From NCBI GenBank assembly GCA_040755995.1, contig JBFMAF010000008.1, positions 128,001 to 192,000 of the forward strand: a stretch of DNA of 64,000 nt, given 5' to 3'. This document shows positions 50,006 to 59,065 of this stretch, one piece after another. Numbering within the stretch: position 1 is the stretch's first letter; the number at the start of each line of letters is the position of its first letter. A program made the translations under genes and the position numbers. This DNA comes from Acidobacteriota bacterium (GTDB lineage: Bacteria; Acidobacteriota; CAIWXX01). Below the pieces are notes generated by a model. It made no database searches. It saw only the letters and a program-made list of their open reading frames with translations, and was not told where the DNA came from.

Positions 50006-50091
50006 ATCAGCCGCGTTCTTCCGGTGGGCAGCTCCTGCATCAAGCCCAGCTTGAGCGCGCGAGTCTTGGCCACCCGCGCTTCGAGCGCCGC
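50002..50091 (-). pseudogene. hsdS: 3' remnant of a type I restriction specificity subunit gene
   Basis: Minus strand reads AALEARVAKTRALKLGLMQELPTGRTRLI*, matching the HsdS C-terminus pattern (K.GMMQ.LLTG..RL); ATGA overlap with the DUF1016 start. Confidence 0.7.
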
Positions 50092-50267
50092 GGTGCCGAA
50101 TCGCGCCTGCCGATAGCCGGCTCCTGGCGATCTTGCTGCAGGAAGGCGGCCGAGAGCCTTGTCATGGGTCGAAAATACTCTGTCTGGTAGTGCCAGTCAA
50201 CTGATCCTGTCAGGCTTCTTCAGCGTCCCCGCGCTCGCTCTGGACGGCCCTGGTGAGTTCAATGCAC

Positions 50268-50451
50268 GCATCGATGAGCGAGGCGCCGGAGAGGAGCCGG
50301 TGGATCTACGGAGGGGCTACATGAGGCTGCGCCGGTGGCTCGAGAGGGGTTTCCTCGCGGCGAACGCGCAACCGCCGTGGCCCTGGGCCGCGTGGACACG
50401 CACCAGGCTGCTGGCTCGGAACGGGCACCGACGAGCACGACGGATCGATAG
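50268..50451 (+). pseudogene. Internally deleted, diverged copy of the 47522-48721 gene and its 3' flank
   Basis: 50268-50314 matches 47885-47931 (40/47); 50315-50363 matches 48545-48593; 50364-50451 follows 48664-48751, with the last 23 nt identical. Confidence 0.8.
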
Positions 50452-50687
50452 CACCACGGCCCTCTTCCGCCGCGCTCAGGCCGATCGGCTGGCTGGGCGG
50501 CTGTGGAGGGGAGGGTGGCCTGGCGCAGAGCGCTTCCCGGATGCTCTGGATGTCGCCGTCGAACGTCGCGCCTCAGCCGACCCACTGTTCGGTGTCAGCT
50601 GGAGGCGTTGCATGGCTGACCATCTCTCCTAGTGGCGCCGCGCAGCTTCAGCCCTCCGGCCAAGTAGATCAAACGTTGCTATTCCGT

Positions 50688-50716
50688 TTGACGTACTACC
50701 CGACGCATGCTATCCT
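50688..50716 (+). promoter_or_regulatory. sigma70 promoter of higBA, probably leaderless
   Basis: TTGACG-N17-TATCCT with TGn extension; ATG follows 7 nt later with no RBS. Confidence 0.65.
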
Positions 50717-50723
50717 CTACGGG

Positions 50724-51002
50724 ATGATTCGTTCTTTCCGTGATCCCGAGGCTGAGGCGCTGTTCAATGACTGGGACGTGGCTCGATTTCGAGCGATTCA
50801 GCGGGTCGCACGGCGCAGGCTCCTGTATTTGCACCAGGCGAGGCGGCTTGATGATCTCCGAGTTCCACCGGGAAACAGGCTCGAAGCTCTCAAGGGTGAT
50901 CGGAAGGGACAGCACAGTATCCGTATCAACGAGCAATGGCGGATCTGCTTTCGCTGGAAAGATGGAGATGCTCTTGAGGTCGAGATCGTTGACTATCACT
51001 GA
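50724..51002 (+). CDS. higB: HigB-family toxin (RelE superfamily)
   Basis: MIRSFRD...DLRVPPGNRLEALKGDRKGQHSIRINEQWRICFRW...EIVDYH. Confidence 0.93.
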   Translation: MIRSFRDPEAEALFNDWDVARFRAIQRVARRRLLYLHQARRLDDLRVPPGNRLEALKGDRKGQHSIRINEQWRICFRWKDGDALEVEIVDYH

Positions 51003-51010
51003 GGTGTACT

Positions 51011-51316
51011 ATGCCGACTAAGCACAAGCTGCTCGATCCCATTCACCCGGGCGAGATTCTGCTCGAAGAGTTTCTGAGGCCCATGGGTATCAGCATCAAT
51101 AGGCTCGCCCGTGAGATCGCTGTCCCACCAGGGCGCGTGAGCGCTATTGTCAACGGGAAGAGGGCAATCACGGCTGATACGGCATTGCGTCTCGGCAGGT
51201 TCTTCGGTATGTCGCCAGAGACCTGGATGGGGCTCCAGGCCGATTACGATCTGCGCATCACGAAACGCGACATCAGCGGGGTGCTCGAGAAATACGTTCA
51301 TCCTCATGCGGCCTGA
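51011..51316 (+). CDS. higA: HigA-family antitoxin
   Basis: PIHPGEILLEEFL...RAITADTALRL...WMGLQADYDL. Confidence 0.93.
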   Translation: MPTKHKLLDPIHPGEILLEEFLRPMGISINRLAREIAVPPGRVSAIVNGKRAITADTALRLGRFFGMSPETWMGLQADYDLRITKRDISGVLEKYVHPHAA

Positions 51317-51464
51317 CCGTTGTGCCCGCAGGCCCGGATGACCTGTGCTTTGCCCACTTCGGCTATCGAAGTAGTCATCGCCTCCGTAGAGCTGGCGGCC
51401 ACAAGTTGAGTGGGGTTGGCCATTGTCGAGGGCGAGCCCGCCGTCCGTGAGGCATCGGTGAATT

Positions 51465-51534
51465 GCTCATGGCTTCGTTCCGCGCTCCAACAACCGCTGG
51501 AGCGCGGTCGCCAGGGACTCGTGCAGCTTCTTCC
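51465..51534 (-). pseudogene. Second copy of the DUF1016 gene 3' end
   Basis: 62/70 nt match to 48918-48987, including the stop codon. Confidence 0.8.
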
Positions 51535-51559
51535 ATCATGGGAGTGATCGTCTCGATTG

Positions 51560-51660
51560 CCGACTACCGCAGCCTTCTCCTTCTCGGTTTCCTCTGCCAC
51601 ACCCGTGGCAGCGGCGAGAATCATACAAATAGCGACCGCACACGCCTTCTTGCGCGCCAC
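51560..51660 (-). pseudogene. 5' remnant of a secreted-protein gene (possibly DUF4019-like)
   Basis: AAGGAG RBS, GTG start, signal peptide then AEETEKEKAAV, then breaks off; family call is from memory. Confidence 0.4.
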
Positions 51661-51711
51661 CTTGCGCTTCTCCTTTCTTTGACCCATCGGTACGCACAAT
51701 CCAATACAAGC

Positions 51712-53280
51712 TCAAGGGGCCTGCCGTTGATCTCGGCCCGGATGTAAGGGTAGCCATGCCTCAGTGAGTTGCACCTTGCGTTCCGTGCTGGGTCCGGACG
51801 AGTTCCACAGGTAGTCGGCCATGATCACCCTTCCCGAGTTGTGAAACCAGATCTGATCAGACAGAGTCGCATCGCGAAGGATATCTATCATGTAGCGATG
51901 CCCCTCGCTCGACAAGATGACGGCGCGTCGCCATGTCTCCCGTTCAAGAGGTTTCCCCTGCACGGGAGCAATCAGAGATCGCATGTCGCCTCGGACGTGC
52001 GTGAACAGGCAGAGAACCAACCCACCATGCTCACCACCGCCGAAGTCCTTGATGAGACGGACGCTCATCTTGTCATCAACATAGTCCTTGACAGCGAGCT
52101 CCTTGTCCAGTTCTGGCATGCGGTCGACACCATCGAGAACGTTCCACATGGTCTTGTCACCCTGGGCAAGAAAGAAGGCCTCAGTCGAGAGGCCTCTGTG
52201 CCCGTGCCCCGCAGTCGCAAGAACACAATTCCCCGCATCAAGCACCGCGAAATCTGTGACTCCGGTTGCCATCAGCTGGGGCGCCTTTCCCTGGCTGAGT
52301 TCCATGAGCCATAATGCACCCGGCTCTCCTCCTGTCGCACCTTCACCTCGAAGTCGGAAACCAAGAAACCCGTTGGTCGCCTTTGCAGTGGACAGGTAGT
52401 GAGCTCCATCCAGTCCAAGGTCGAACCGGTAAACGGAGCCGTCGATTACTACGCCTGCAAAGTGGTCTCGATCGCCTGTTTCCGTACGCTGCTGATAGAG
52501 TGGCTTGATGGTCTGCGTGTCTGTCCAGTCGAAAGGGACGGCGCCTGTGTTCCGGCGATCAGGAGTCTCTGGCGTCAGTTCCCCTGTTCGCAGGTCGACC
52601 GCCTGCAGAGGACGTCTCACGAAATCCCTTTCCTGCGGCTTTTCGAACACCGCGACTTTCTGGTCCGGTGAGAAGTACTCAAGATCCCACCCGATAGGTA
52701 AAGCAACAACTTCGCCTGATTTCAGGTTCATCCAGAAATAGACTGGACGGTTTCCATCCCGCGGCCACGTTCCGCGATCCCCCCCGGCAACCATCACCAG
52801 CGCTGCATCTGCATGACGGATGATAACGTGTGACTGAATGCCGGGAGCAGAATCCCCGGGTATCTTCAGACCTGGAATATCGAACCGCGATAGCGTGCCG
52901 CTGTACGCGTCGATGGCGAACGGTGCCGCGTCGCTTGATTGCATGAACAGCCAGAGTCTGGTCCCCGAGCCTGCAGCTGCAACAATCTGCGCCTTCCTTG
53001 CAGCTTGTGCCGTTGCAAGTCTGCCCGGACTGGAAGAGACGGTCAACAACACAGAGAACAGTTCCTCTCCGCGCCGGAGAACGACGATTTCTTCGTCTTC
53101 ACAGACGAACACGTCATCCCACACTCCCCAATCCCTGATCTCTGTGGCTTGGCAGTCACGCAAAGCCGGCGCCCTTGTCAATGTTGTGGGCGGCGACTCA
53201 GCAGTTGCCGGCGAGGCCGACGCCAGAAGAAGCACAGGCAGTACTCTGAGATTCATTCTCACCCCCGAAAAAGACGCCAC
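51712..53280 (-). CDS. Secreted hypothetical protein
   Basis: 522-aa ORF with signal peptide; directly abuts the upstream gene's stop. Confidence 0.6.
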   Translation of the reverse strand: MASFSGVRMNLRVLPVLLLASASPATAESPPTTLTRAPALRDCQATEIRDWGVWDDVFVCEDEEIVVLRRGEELFSVLLTVSSSPGRLATAQAARKAQIVAAAGSGTRLWLFMQSSDAAPFAIDAYSGTLSRFDIPGLKIPGDSAPGIQSHVIIRHADAALVMVAGGDRGTWPRDGNRPVYFWMNLKSGEVVALPIGWDLEYFSPDQKVAVFEKPQERDFVRRPLQAVDLRTGELTPETPDRRNTGAVPFDWTDTQTIKPLYQQRTETGDRDHFAGVVIDGSVYRFDLGLDGAHYLSTAKATNGFLGFRLRGEGATGGEPGALWLMELSQGKAPQLMATGVTDFAVLDAGNCVLATAGHGHRGLSTEAFFLAQGDKTMWNVLDGVDRMPELDKELAVKDYVDDKMSVRLIKDFGGGEHGGLVLCLFTHVRGDMRSLIAPVQGKPLERETWRRAVILSSEGHRYMIDILRDATLSDQIWFHNSGRVIMADYLWNSSGPSTERKVQLTEAWLPLHPGRDQRQAP

Positions 53281-53700
53281 TCAGGATGCGAAGGGGATCG
53301 AGAGCACATAGACCAATACGTAGAAGAGACTCACGATACCGAGATGCATCCAAAGAGGGATGACACGAGAAACGACAACGACGCCACGGCGTGCGGCGAT
53401 CACCGTGGCAAGGACGATACCCGTTACGACCGGAAAGACGGTCAGCAACAGGATGTCTCGTCTCTCGATGGGGCTCGCTGCGCCCCAGAGGAGTAGCAAC
53501 GTCCAGCCTGCCATCAGCGATGCCCCAACGCCCATGGCGTAGCGATACTCACTGCTATCGCGGGACGGGTCGCCACCAAATAGTGCAACACCAACTCGCC
53601 GGGAGAGCATCGGGATGATAGCGAGGCCGTCGGTGACGGCGCCGACTAAGAATGCGACCCGTGCCAGAAGCGTCACGGTCTCGGCGGAAACGTCCGGCAT
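53281..53700 (-). CDS. Hypothetical four-TM membrane protein
   Basis: AGGAG RBS; four hydrophobic segments; GASLMAGWTLLLLW...PIERR. Confidence 0.7.
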   Translation of the reverse strand: MPDVSAETVTLLARVAFLVGAVTDGLAIIPMLSRRVGVALFGGDPSRDSSEYRYAMGVGASLMAGWTLLLLWGAASPIERRDILLLTVFPVVTGIVLATVIAARRGVVVVSRVIPLWMHLGIVSLFYVLVYVLSIPFAS

Positions 53701-54066
53701 AATAGTCTCCTGTGTTGTCCAGCGCCCACGCTGCGGCCGCCCGACCGACGCGAGCGGTTCCTGTGCCAGGTCCGCAGCATAGATTATCAGAGCTCGCCGT
53801 TATCTCAATGGTCTGAGCTGCCGTCAAAGAACCGGGAGTGGAGCAGGCGTGGCTGCCTGAGCAGCACTCGCAGAGCGACCGAATGCCGAAGTCCCGCCGA
53901 ATCGTCGCTCCTGCGTTTCCGTAGCGTCCCTCCCGTCACGCCATCGTCCCGGTGAGCACCGCGGTAGTCCCGCTGGGCTGGTCCTTACGGGTTTCTCGCT
54001 CGTATATCTGTTTGAATGGGGATGATGAGACCACGAAGCGACACAGTGCTCACACGGGAGGCAATC

Positions 54067-55296
54067 ATGATCCGAAAGCCATGCTGCTACCTGCCGGCCC
54101 TGTTTGTTCTGCTGACGGGGGCGTGCAGCGCCACCGCAAACCGCGACCGCACCCAGCCGGTGTCGATACCGGCGCCTTCACTCCGCGGGAGCCTCTTCGA
54201 GAATGATCTCGAGCAACCGGCGGTTGTCTGCCCGCCGCCTTCCTACGAGTCGACAACCGGTGCGTTCCCCGTCATCTACTATCTGCCGGGATTCACAACC
54301 GATGTGACCGAGTACATCGACCGGTCGATCGACGGACTGCACATGGGCGAGAGCATGGACCGGCTGATCGCGACGGGAGCGGCGCGCGAAGCGATCATCG
54401 TGATCGTCAACGGCCGGAACTTCCTCGGCGGCAGCTTCTACGTCAATTCCCCGGTCACTGGGAATTGGGAGGACTTCGTCGTGAAGGACGTGGTTAGCTA
54501 CGTCGATAGGACATACAGGACAATACGCGCGCCGTCCGCGCGCGGAATCGCTGGCGACTCCATGGGCGGCTTCGGCGCAGTGCATACCGCCATGCGCCAT
54601 CCCGAGGTTTTCGGGGCAGTCTATGCGATCAGTCCCGCACTGGCAGCGCCGGGCGGCCTTTCGAAATCGCCCATGCTCGCGCCGGACAAGGTCGAGGCTT
54701 ACCTGCTCACGGAGCCGGAGCTGCGGCGTCTTTCGCCGGACGAGGGCGAGCGTGAGCTCAGGGAGCTGATGGACGAGCTCTACGCGTCCCATTATCGATT
54801 CCACTACTACCGCGCGATGGTCTACGCGTACGGCGCGGCCTTCGCATTCGACGTCCACGCGCCGCCGGCTTACATCGATTTCCCGTTCGAAAGGACTGTG
54901 GCCGGCATCGTCGAGACACAGGAGAGCCTGCGCCGATTCGAGGTGGGATTCGGCGACCTCGATGAGAAGGTGCGCGCCAACGAAGCGAACCTGAGGCGCC
55001 TCCGCGGCATCGCCCTGGACTGGGGGAAGAACGACCGGCACCGATGGATCGTGGAGGGCTGCGAGCACTTCGCGGCTTTGTTGCGTGCGGCGGGTATAGC
55101 AGTCGAGGTCAGGATTCACGATGGAGGCCACACGGACAGGCTGAGGGAAAGCATCGAGTCACACGCACTCCCCTTCCTCTCCGAGCACCTTGCCTCGTCC
55201 TCCTCCGGCCTCACTCCCACATCCGCGCACGGGCGGATGGTGCCGGCTGCCGACGTGAGCCTCCGGGAACCGCAGAGAAAGGACGAAAGATCATGA
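54067..55296 (+). CDS. Putative esterase (alpha/beta hydrolase), probable lipoprotein
   Basis: FPVIYYLPG, GDSMGG nucleophile elbow, DGGH; LTGAC lipobox. Confidence 0.85.
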   Translation: MIRKPCCYLPALFVLLTGACSATANRDRTQPVSIPAPSLRGSLFENDLEQPAVVCPPPSYESTTGAFPVIYYLPGFTTDVTEYIDRSIDGLHMGESMDRLIATGAAREAIIVIVNGRNFLGGSFYVNSPVTGNWEDFVVKDVVSYVDRTYRTIRAPSARGIAGDSMGGFGAVHTAMRHPEVFGAVYAISPALAAPGGLSKSPMLAPDKVEAYLLTEPELRRLSPDEGERELRELMDELYASHYRFHYYRAMVYAYGAAFAFDVHAPPAYIDFPFERTVAGIVETQESLRRFEVGFGDLDEKVRANEANLRRLRGIALDWGKNDRHRWIVEGCEHFAALLRAAGIAVEVRIHDGGHTDRLRESIESHALPFLSEHLASSSSGLTPTSAHGRMVPAADVSLREPQRKDERS

Positions 55297-56870
55297 CAGA
55301 ATCGACCGGCATACACGCGCAAACCACCGAGGCCCGTCTGGCGTGGGCTGTGCTCCTGATGATTGCAGGGGGCAAGCTGGCTCTGCATCTCGCCACCAAC
55401 CACAACTACGGCTACTTCATTGACGAGTTCTACTATCTGGCCTGCGCCAGGCATCTTGATTTCGGATACGTGGATCACCCGCCGCTCATCGCGCTCACCG
55501 CCTGGTTGGCTACTGCGCTCTTCGGAGAGTCCGCGCGCGCGCTGCGTCTGCTTCCGGCTCTCTTCGGAGCGATGACGGTGTTCCTGTCGGGTGTCGTCGC
55601 ATGGCGAATGGGCGGCGGCCGCTTCGCACAGGCTCTCGCCGCCCTCGCAGTCACGGTCAGCCCACTCCTGCTGTTCATGAACACGATCCTCTCCATGAAC
55701 GCTCTGGACGTCCTCATCTGGACGCTTGCTGCATTCATCCTCGTTCTACTCCTGAACGGGGGAACACAACGGCTCACGCCAACGCACCTGTGGCTATTGC
55801 TCGGCGTCGTGACGGGGATCGGGCTGCAGAACAAGATATCGGTGCTCTTCCTTGGTTTCGGCCTCGGCGCGGGTTTTGTTCTGACGGCGCATCGCCGCAT
55901 GCTGCTGACTCGCGGCCCCTGGCTGGCGGCCGCTGTTGCGGGGGTCATCTTCCTTCCGCACGTTCTGTGGCAGATCGGCCATGGGTGGCCCACGCTCGAG
56001 TTCATGCACAATGCAACCACACTCAAGAACAGGCCGTTGTCGCCCATCGAGTTCGTCGCCGGGCAGGCTCTGGAGGCTCATCCGCTGAACCTCGTACTGC
56101 TTCTGCTCTGCCTGTGGTGGTTCATGTTCTCGCGCCAGGGCCGCAGCTACCGGATCTTCGGCTGGGCGTACATCGCCATCTTCGCAGTCTTTCTGGTCAG
56201 TGGAGGGAAACCCTACTATATGGGCCCGATCTATCCGCTGATGTTTGCCGGAGGAGCATGCGGAACAGCCGGGCTGCTGGCTCGTGTTCGACATTCATGG
56301 CCGCACGTCGCTGTCATCTTCGCGATGATCGCCGGCGGTGCCGTATTCGCGCCCATGACGCTGCCCGTGCTGCCGGTGGAGAAGTTCATCGCATACCAGC
56401 AGTTCCTTCTTGGAGGTACCCTTGCGTCTTCGGAGAGGAAGGAGGTCGGTCTTCTTCCCCAGCACTTCGCGGATATGCTTGGACACGAGGAGCGGGTGGC
56501 GTTGATCGCCCAGGTCTTCCAGGGGCTGCCGCCTCAGGACCGTGCCCGATGCGGGATCTTCTGCGGCGAGTACTGCTACGCCGGGGCAGTGGATCTCTTC
56601 GGCGGGCGCTTCGGCTTGCCGAGTGCGATCTCGGGTCAGAACAGCTACTGGCTCTGGGGCCCCGGGTCCTGCGATGGAGAGGTTCTCATTGTGATTGGAG
56701 AAGGGATCGACGGAGATGACCTGCGCGAAACGTTCCGCGAGGTTCACGTCGCGCGCATCTTCCGGCATCCCTATCTCATGCCCTGCCGCAATAACTTGCC
56801 GATCTTCGTCTGCCGCGGCATCAAACGACCGCTGGCTGATGTGTGGCAGGAGACGAAGAAGTACGAATAG
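55293..56870 (+). CDS. GT39/ArnT-like (PMT-type) glycosyltransferase
   Basis: YGYFIDEFYY, GYVDHPPL, GKPYY, SGQNSYWLWGP; many TM segments. Confidence 0.85.
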   Translation: MTESTGIHAQTTEARLAWAVLLMIAGGKLALHLATNHNYGYFIDEFYYLACARHLDFGYVDHPPLIALTAWLATALFGESARALRLLPALFGAMTVFLSGVVAWRMGGGRFAQALAALAVTVSPLLLFMNTILSMNALDVLIWTLAAFILVLLLNGGTQRLTPTHLWLLLGVVTGIGLQNKISVLFLGFGLGAGFVLTAHRRMLLTRGPWLAAAVAGVIFLPHVLWQIGHGWPTLEFMHNATTLKNRPLSPIEFVAGQALEAHPLNLVLLLLCLWWFMFSRQGRSYRIFGWAYIAIFAVFLVSGGKPYYMGPIYPLMFAGGACGTAGLLARVRHSWPHVAVIFAMIAGGAVFAPMTLPVLPVEKFIAYQQFLLGGTLASSERKEVGLLPQHFADMLGHEERVALIAQVFQGLPPQDRARCGIFCGEYCYAGAVDLFGGRFGLPSAISGQNSYWLWGPGSCDGEVLIVIGEGIDGDDLRETFREVHVARIFRHPYLMPCRNNLPIFVCRGIKRPLADVWQETKKYE

Positions 56871-56896
56871 GTAGGGGCGGGCCCCCGTGCCCGCCC
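56871..56896 (+). repeat. GTAG-type REP element
   Basis: GTAG followed by the hairpin GGGCGGGC-CCCCGT-GCCCGCCC, directly after a stop codon. Confidence 0.65.
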
Positions 56897-56957
56897 AACG
56901 AAACATGGCCTGATCGCCGTGCCGCAGCGCCGAATCGCGAAACATAGGGGTTATACT

Positions 56958-58127
56958 ATGAGCATGCAAGTGCGGACCGATTCGATGCCGCTGGAGGCAT
57001 CTGCGCAGGCGAAGCCTCACGCGGTCGCCACACGCTCCCGGCTGGCTCTCCTGTGGGTCGCGGCCACCCTGTCTTGGGGAATGCTGCTGTTCACGTACAG
57101 GCACCTGGAGGACCTGGCCACGGGCCGCTCCGACCCGGCTATCCGGCCGTTCATCAATGAGATGACCGGGGCCTTCGCCGGTTGGACGCTATTCTTCGGA
57201 GTGCTATGGGTCAGCCGCAGGTATCCGCTGACTCGGGACAGGTGGCTGGGCCGCTTGCCGATCTATGCGCTGGCACTGATCATCTTCGCCGCCGGCTGCA
57301 CCAGCGTGATGTGGGCGCTGCGGGAGCTTCTCTACCCCCTGGCCGGGCAGGGCAACTACGACTACGGGCGCATGCCGTTGCGATACTTCATGGAGCTCCC
57401 CATGCAGGTCATCGGATTCGTCATGATGGTGGCGGGGATCCATTCGGTGAGGATGTACACGGAGGCGCGCGAGCGCGAGGTGCGCGCTGCGAAGCTCGAG
57501 AGCGCCCTCGCCAGGACACAGCTCCGAAATCTCCGCCTGCAGCTTCAGCCGCACTTCCTCTTCAACGCGCTCAACACCATTTCCTCCACCATGTACGACG
57601 ATCCTGCCGCGGCCGACGAGATGCTGGACCAGCTCGCCGAGCTCCTGCGCGCCTCGCTGCGCACGACGCAGACCGACGAGGTGCCGCTGCGCGTCGAGAT
57701 GGAGCTGTTGGACAGATACCTGAACATCATGCGAGCAAGATTCGGAGATCGGCTGCGAGTGGATGCGCGCGTCGAGCCCGGCACGGGCGAGGTACTGGTT
57801 CCTTCGATGATCATGCAGCCCCTGGTAGAGAACGCTATTCGTCACGGCAATGCAACGCTGGCCGGCAGCGGCGAAGTTGACATTCGTGTCACGCGCGAGG
57901 GCGGAAGGATCGTCATCGAGGTCGAGGATGACGGCCCCGGCCCCAGGCACGGCGCAGATGCGCCATTGTCGAACGAAGGGGGAGGTATTGGACTGACGGC
58001 GACCGCCGAGCGGCTCCAGCTGCTCTACGGCGCCGAGCAGTCGTTCGAGACCGGGGTTGGAGCCCAGGGAGGCTTCCTCGTGCGAGTATCTCTTCCCGGC
58101 CGAACCGCGGGGTCGGTGGTTGCGTGA
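56958..58127 (+). CDS. LytS/YehU-family sensor histidine kinase (start may be 56964)
   Basis: LQLQPHFLFNALNTIS, QPLVENAIRHG, DDGPG, GIGL; N-terminal TM segments. Confidence 0.92.
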   Translation: MSMQVRTDSMPLEASAQAKPHAVATRSRLALLWVAATLSWGMLLFTYRHLEDLATGRSDPAIRPFINEMTGAFAGWTLFFGVLWVSRRYPLTRDRWLGRLPIYALALIIFAAGCTSVMWALRELLYPLAGQGNYDYGRMPLRYFMELPMQVIGFVMMVAGIHSVRMYTEAREREVRAAKLESALARTQLRNLRLQLQPHFLFNALNTISSTMYDDPAAADEMLDQLAELLRASLRTTQTDEVPLRVEMELLDRYLNIMRARFGDRLRVDARVEPGTGEVLVPSMIMQPLVENAIRHGNATLAGSGEVDIRVTREGGRIVIEVEDDGPGPRHGADAPLSNEGGGIGLTATAERLQLLYGAEQSFETGVGAQGGFLVRVSLPGRTAGSVVA

Positions 58128-58882
58128 TCCGCACACTGATCGCCGACGATGAGGCTCCTGCACGGCGCAAGATCCGAAGCCTGCTGGCGAAGGAGCCCGA
58201 TTTCGAGGTGGTGGGAGAGGCGGAGGACGGTGTCGCGGCGGTGGGCTTGATAAGGAGCACCGCGATCGACCTCGTCCTGCTGGATATCCAGATGCCGGGC
58301 CTCGACGGGTTCGACGTCATCGAGGAGGTCGGCGTCGAATCGATGCCGCTGGTGGTGTTCATCACGGCCTACGACGAGCATGCATTGCGCGCTTTCGAGG
58401 TGCATGCGATGGACTACATCACCAAGCCGTTTTCACCGTCCCGTTTCAAGGGCACACTGGACCGCATACGTGGCCTCCTGGGACGTGGGAACCGGAGCGA
58501 CCTTGTCGAGCGGATCGAGCGGCTCATGGCGGCGATGCGTCCCGCCCCACGCCACATAGGGCGCATCCTTGTAGAGCGCGGCCCTGAGCGCGAGGTGCTT
58601 CTGCTTGCGGATCACGTCGACCTGATCCGGGCTGATAAGAACCATGTTCGCTTCTTCACTCGAGACGGAGAGTACCTGCGGCGCTGCGGTCTGGCGGACA
58701 TTGCCAATCGCCTCGACCCCGACCGATTCCTCCAGATCAACCGTTCCGAGATCGTCCGGCTGGATGCGGTCAAGGAGTTCCAACCGTGGTTCCACGGCGA
58801 CTATCGCGTCGTCATGAAGGACGGCACGATCTTGAGCTGGAGCCGCCGGTTCCGAGCGCGCAGCAAGGAGCTCTTCGACTAG
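58124..58882 (+). CDS. LytTR-family response regulator
   Basis: ADDE, LLDIQMPGLDG, FITAYDEHALRAFE; FLQINRSEIV. Confidence 0.92.
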   Translation: MIRTLIADDEAPARRKIRSLLAKEPDFEVVGEAEDGVAAVGLIRSTAIDLVLLDIQMPGLDGFDVIEEVGVESMPLVVFITAYDEHALRAFEVHAMDYITKPFSPSRFKGTLDRIRGLLGRGNRSDLVERIERLMAAMRPAPRHIGRILVERGPEREVLLLADHVDLIRADKNHVRFFTRDGEYLRRCGLADIANRLDPDRFLQINRSEIVRLDAVKEFQPWFHGDYRVVMKDGTILSWSRRFRARSKELFD

Positions 58883-59065
58883 CGAGACGAGTCGCGCAGC
58901 CGTCAGACGGGAGACGGCAGGCGGGCCTTCAGGGAGCTTTGCCTTCGGCCGGCTCGACGCGATATTGTACGCATTCTGCCGCACTGGATGGCGAAGAAGA
59001 AAGGAACCAAAACGAGGACCGCACACGCTCGTACTCACCGGGCCTGTCTGTTCGAGGAGACCAGA

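Noticed and set aside
53701..53800. attC-like hairpin (GCTGCGG...CCGCAGC) upstream of a cassette-sized gene; similar look at 7890-7980
   Set aside because: No complementary RYYYAAC/GTTRRRY core pair and no integron integrase in the window, so an integron is unsupported
58883..58940. LytTR direct-repeat boxes (AGACG repeats)
   Set aside because: Too short and irregularly spaced to support a call
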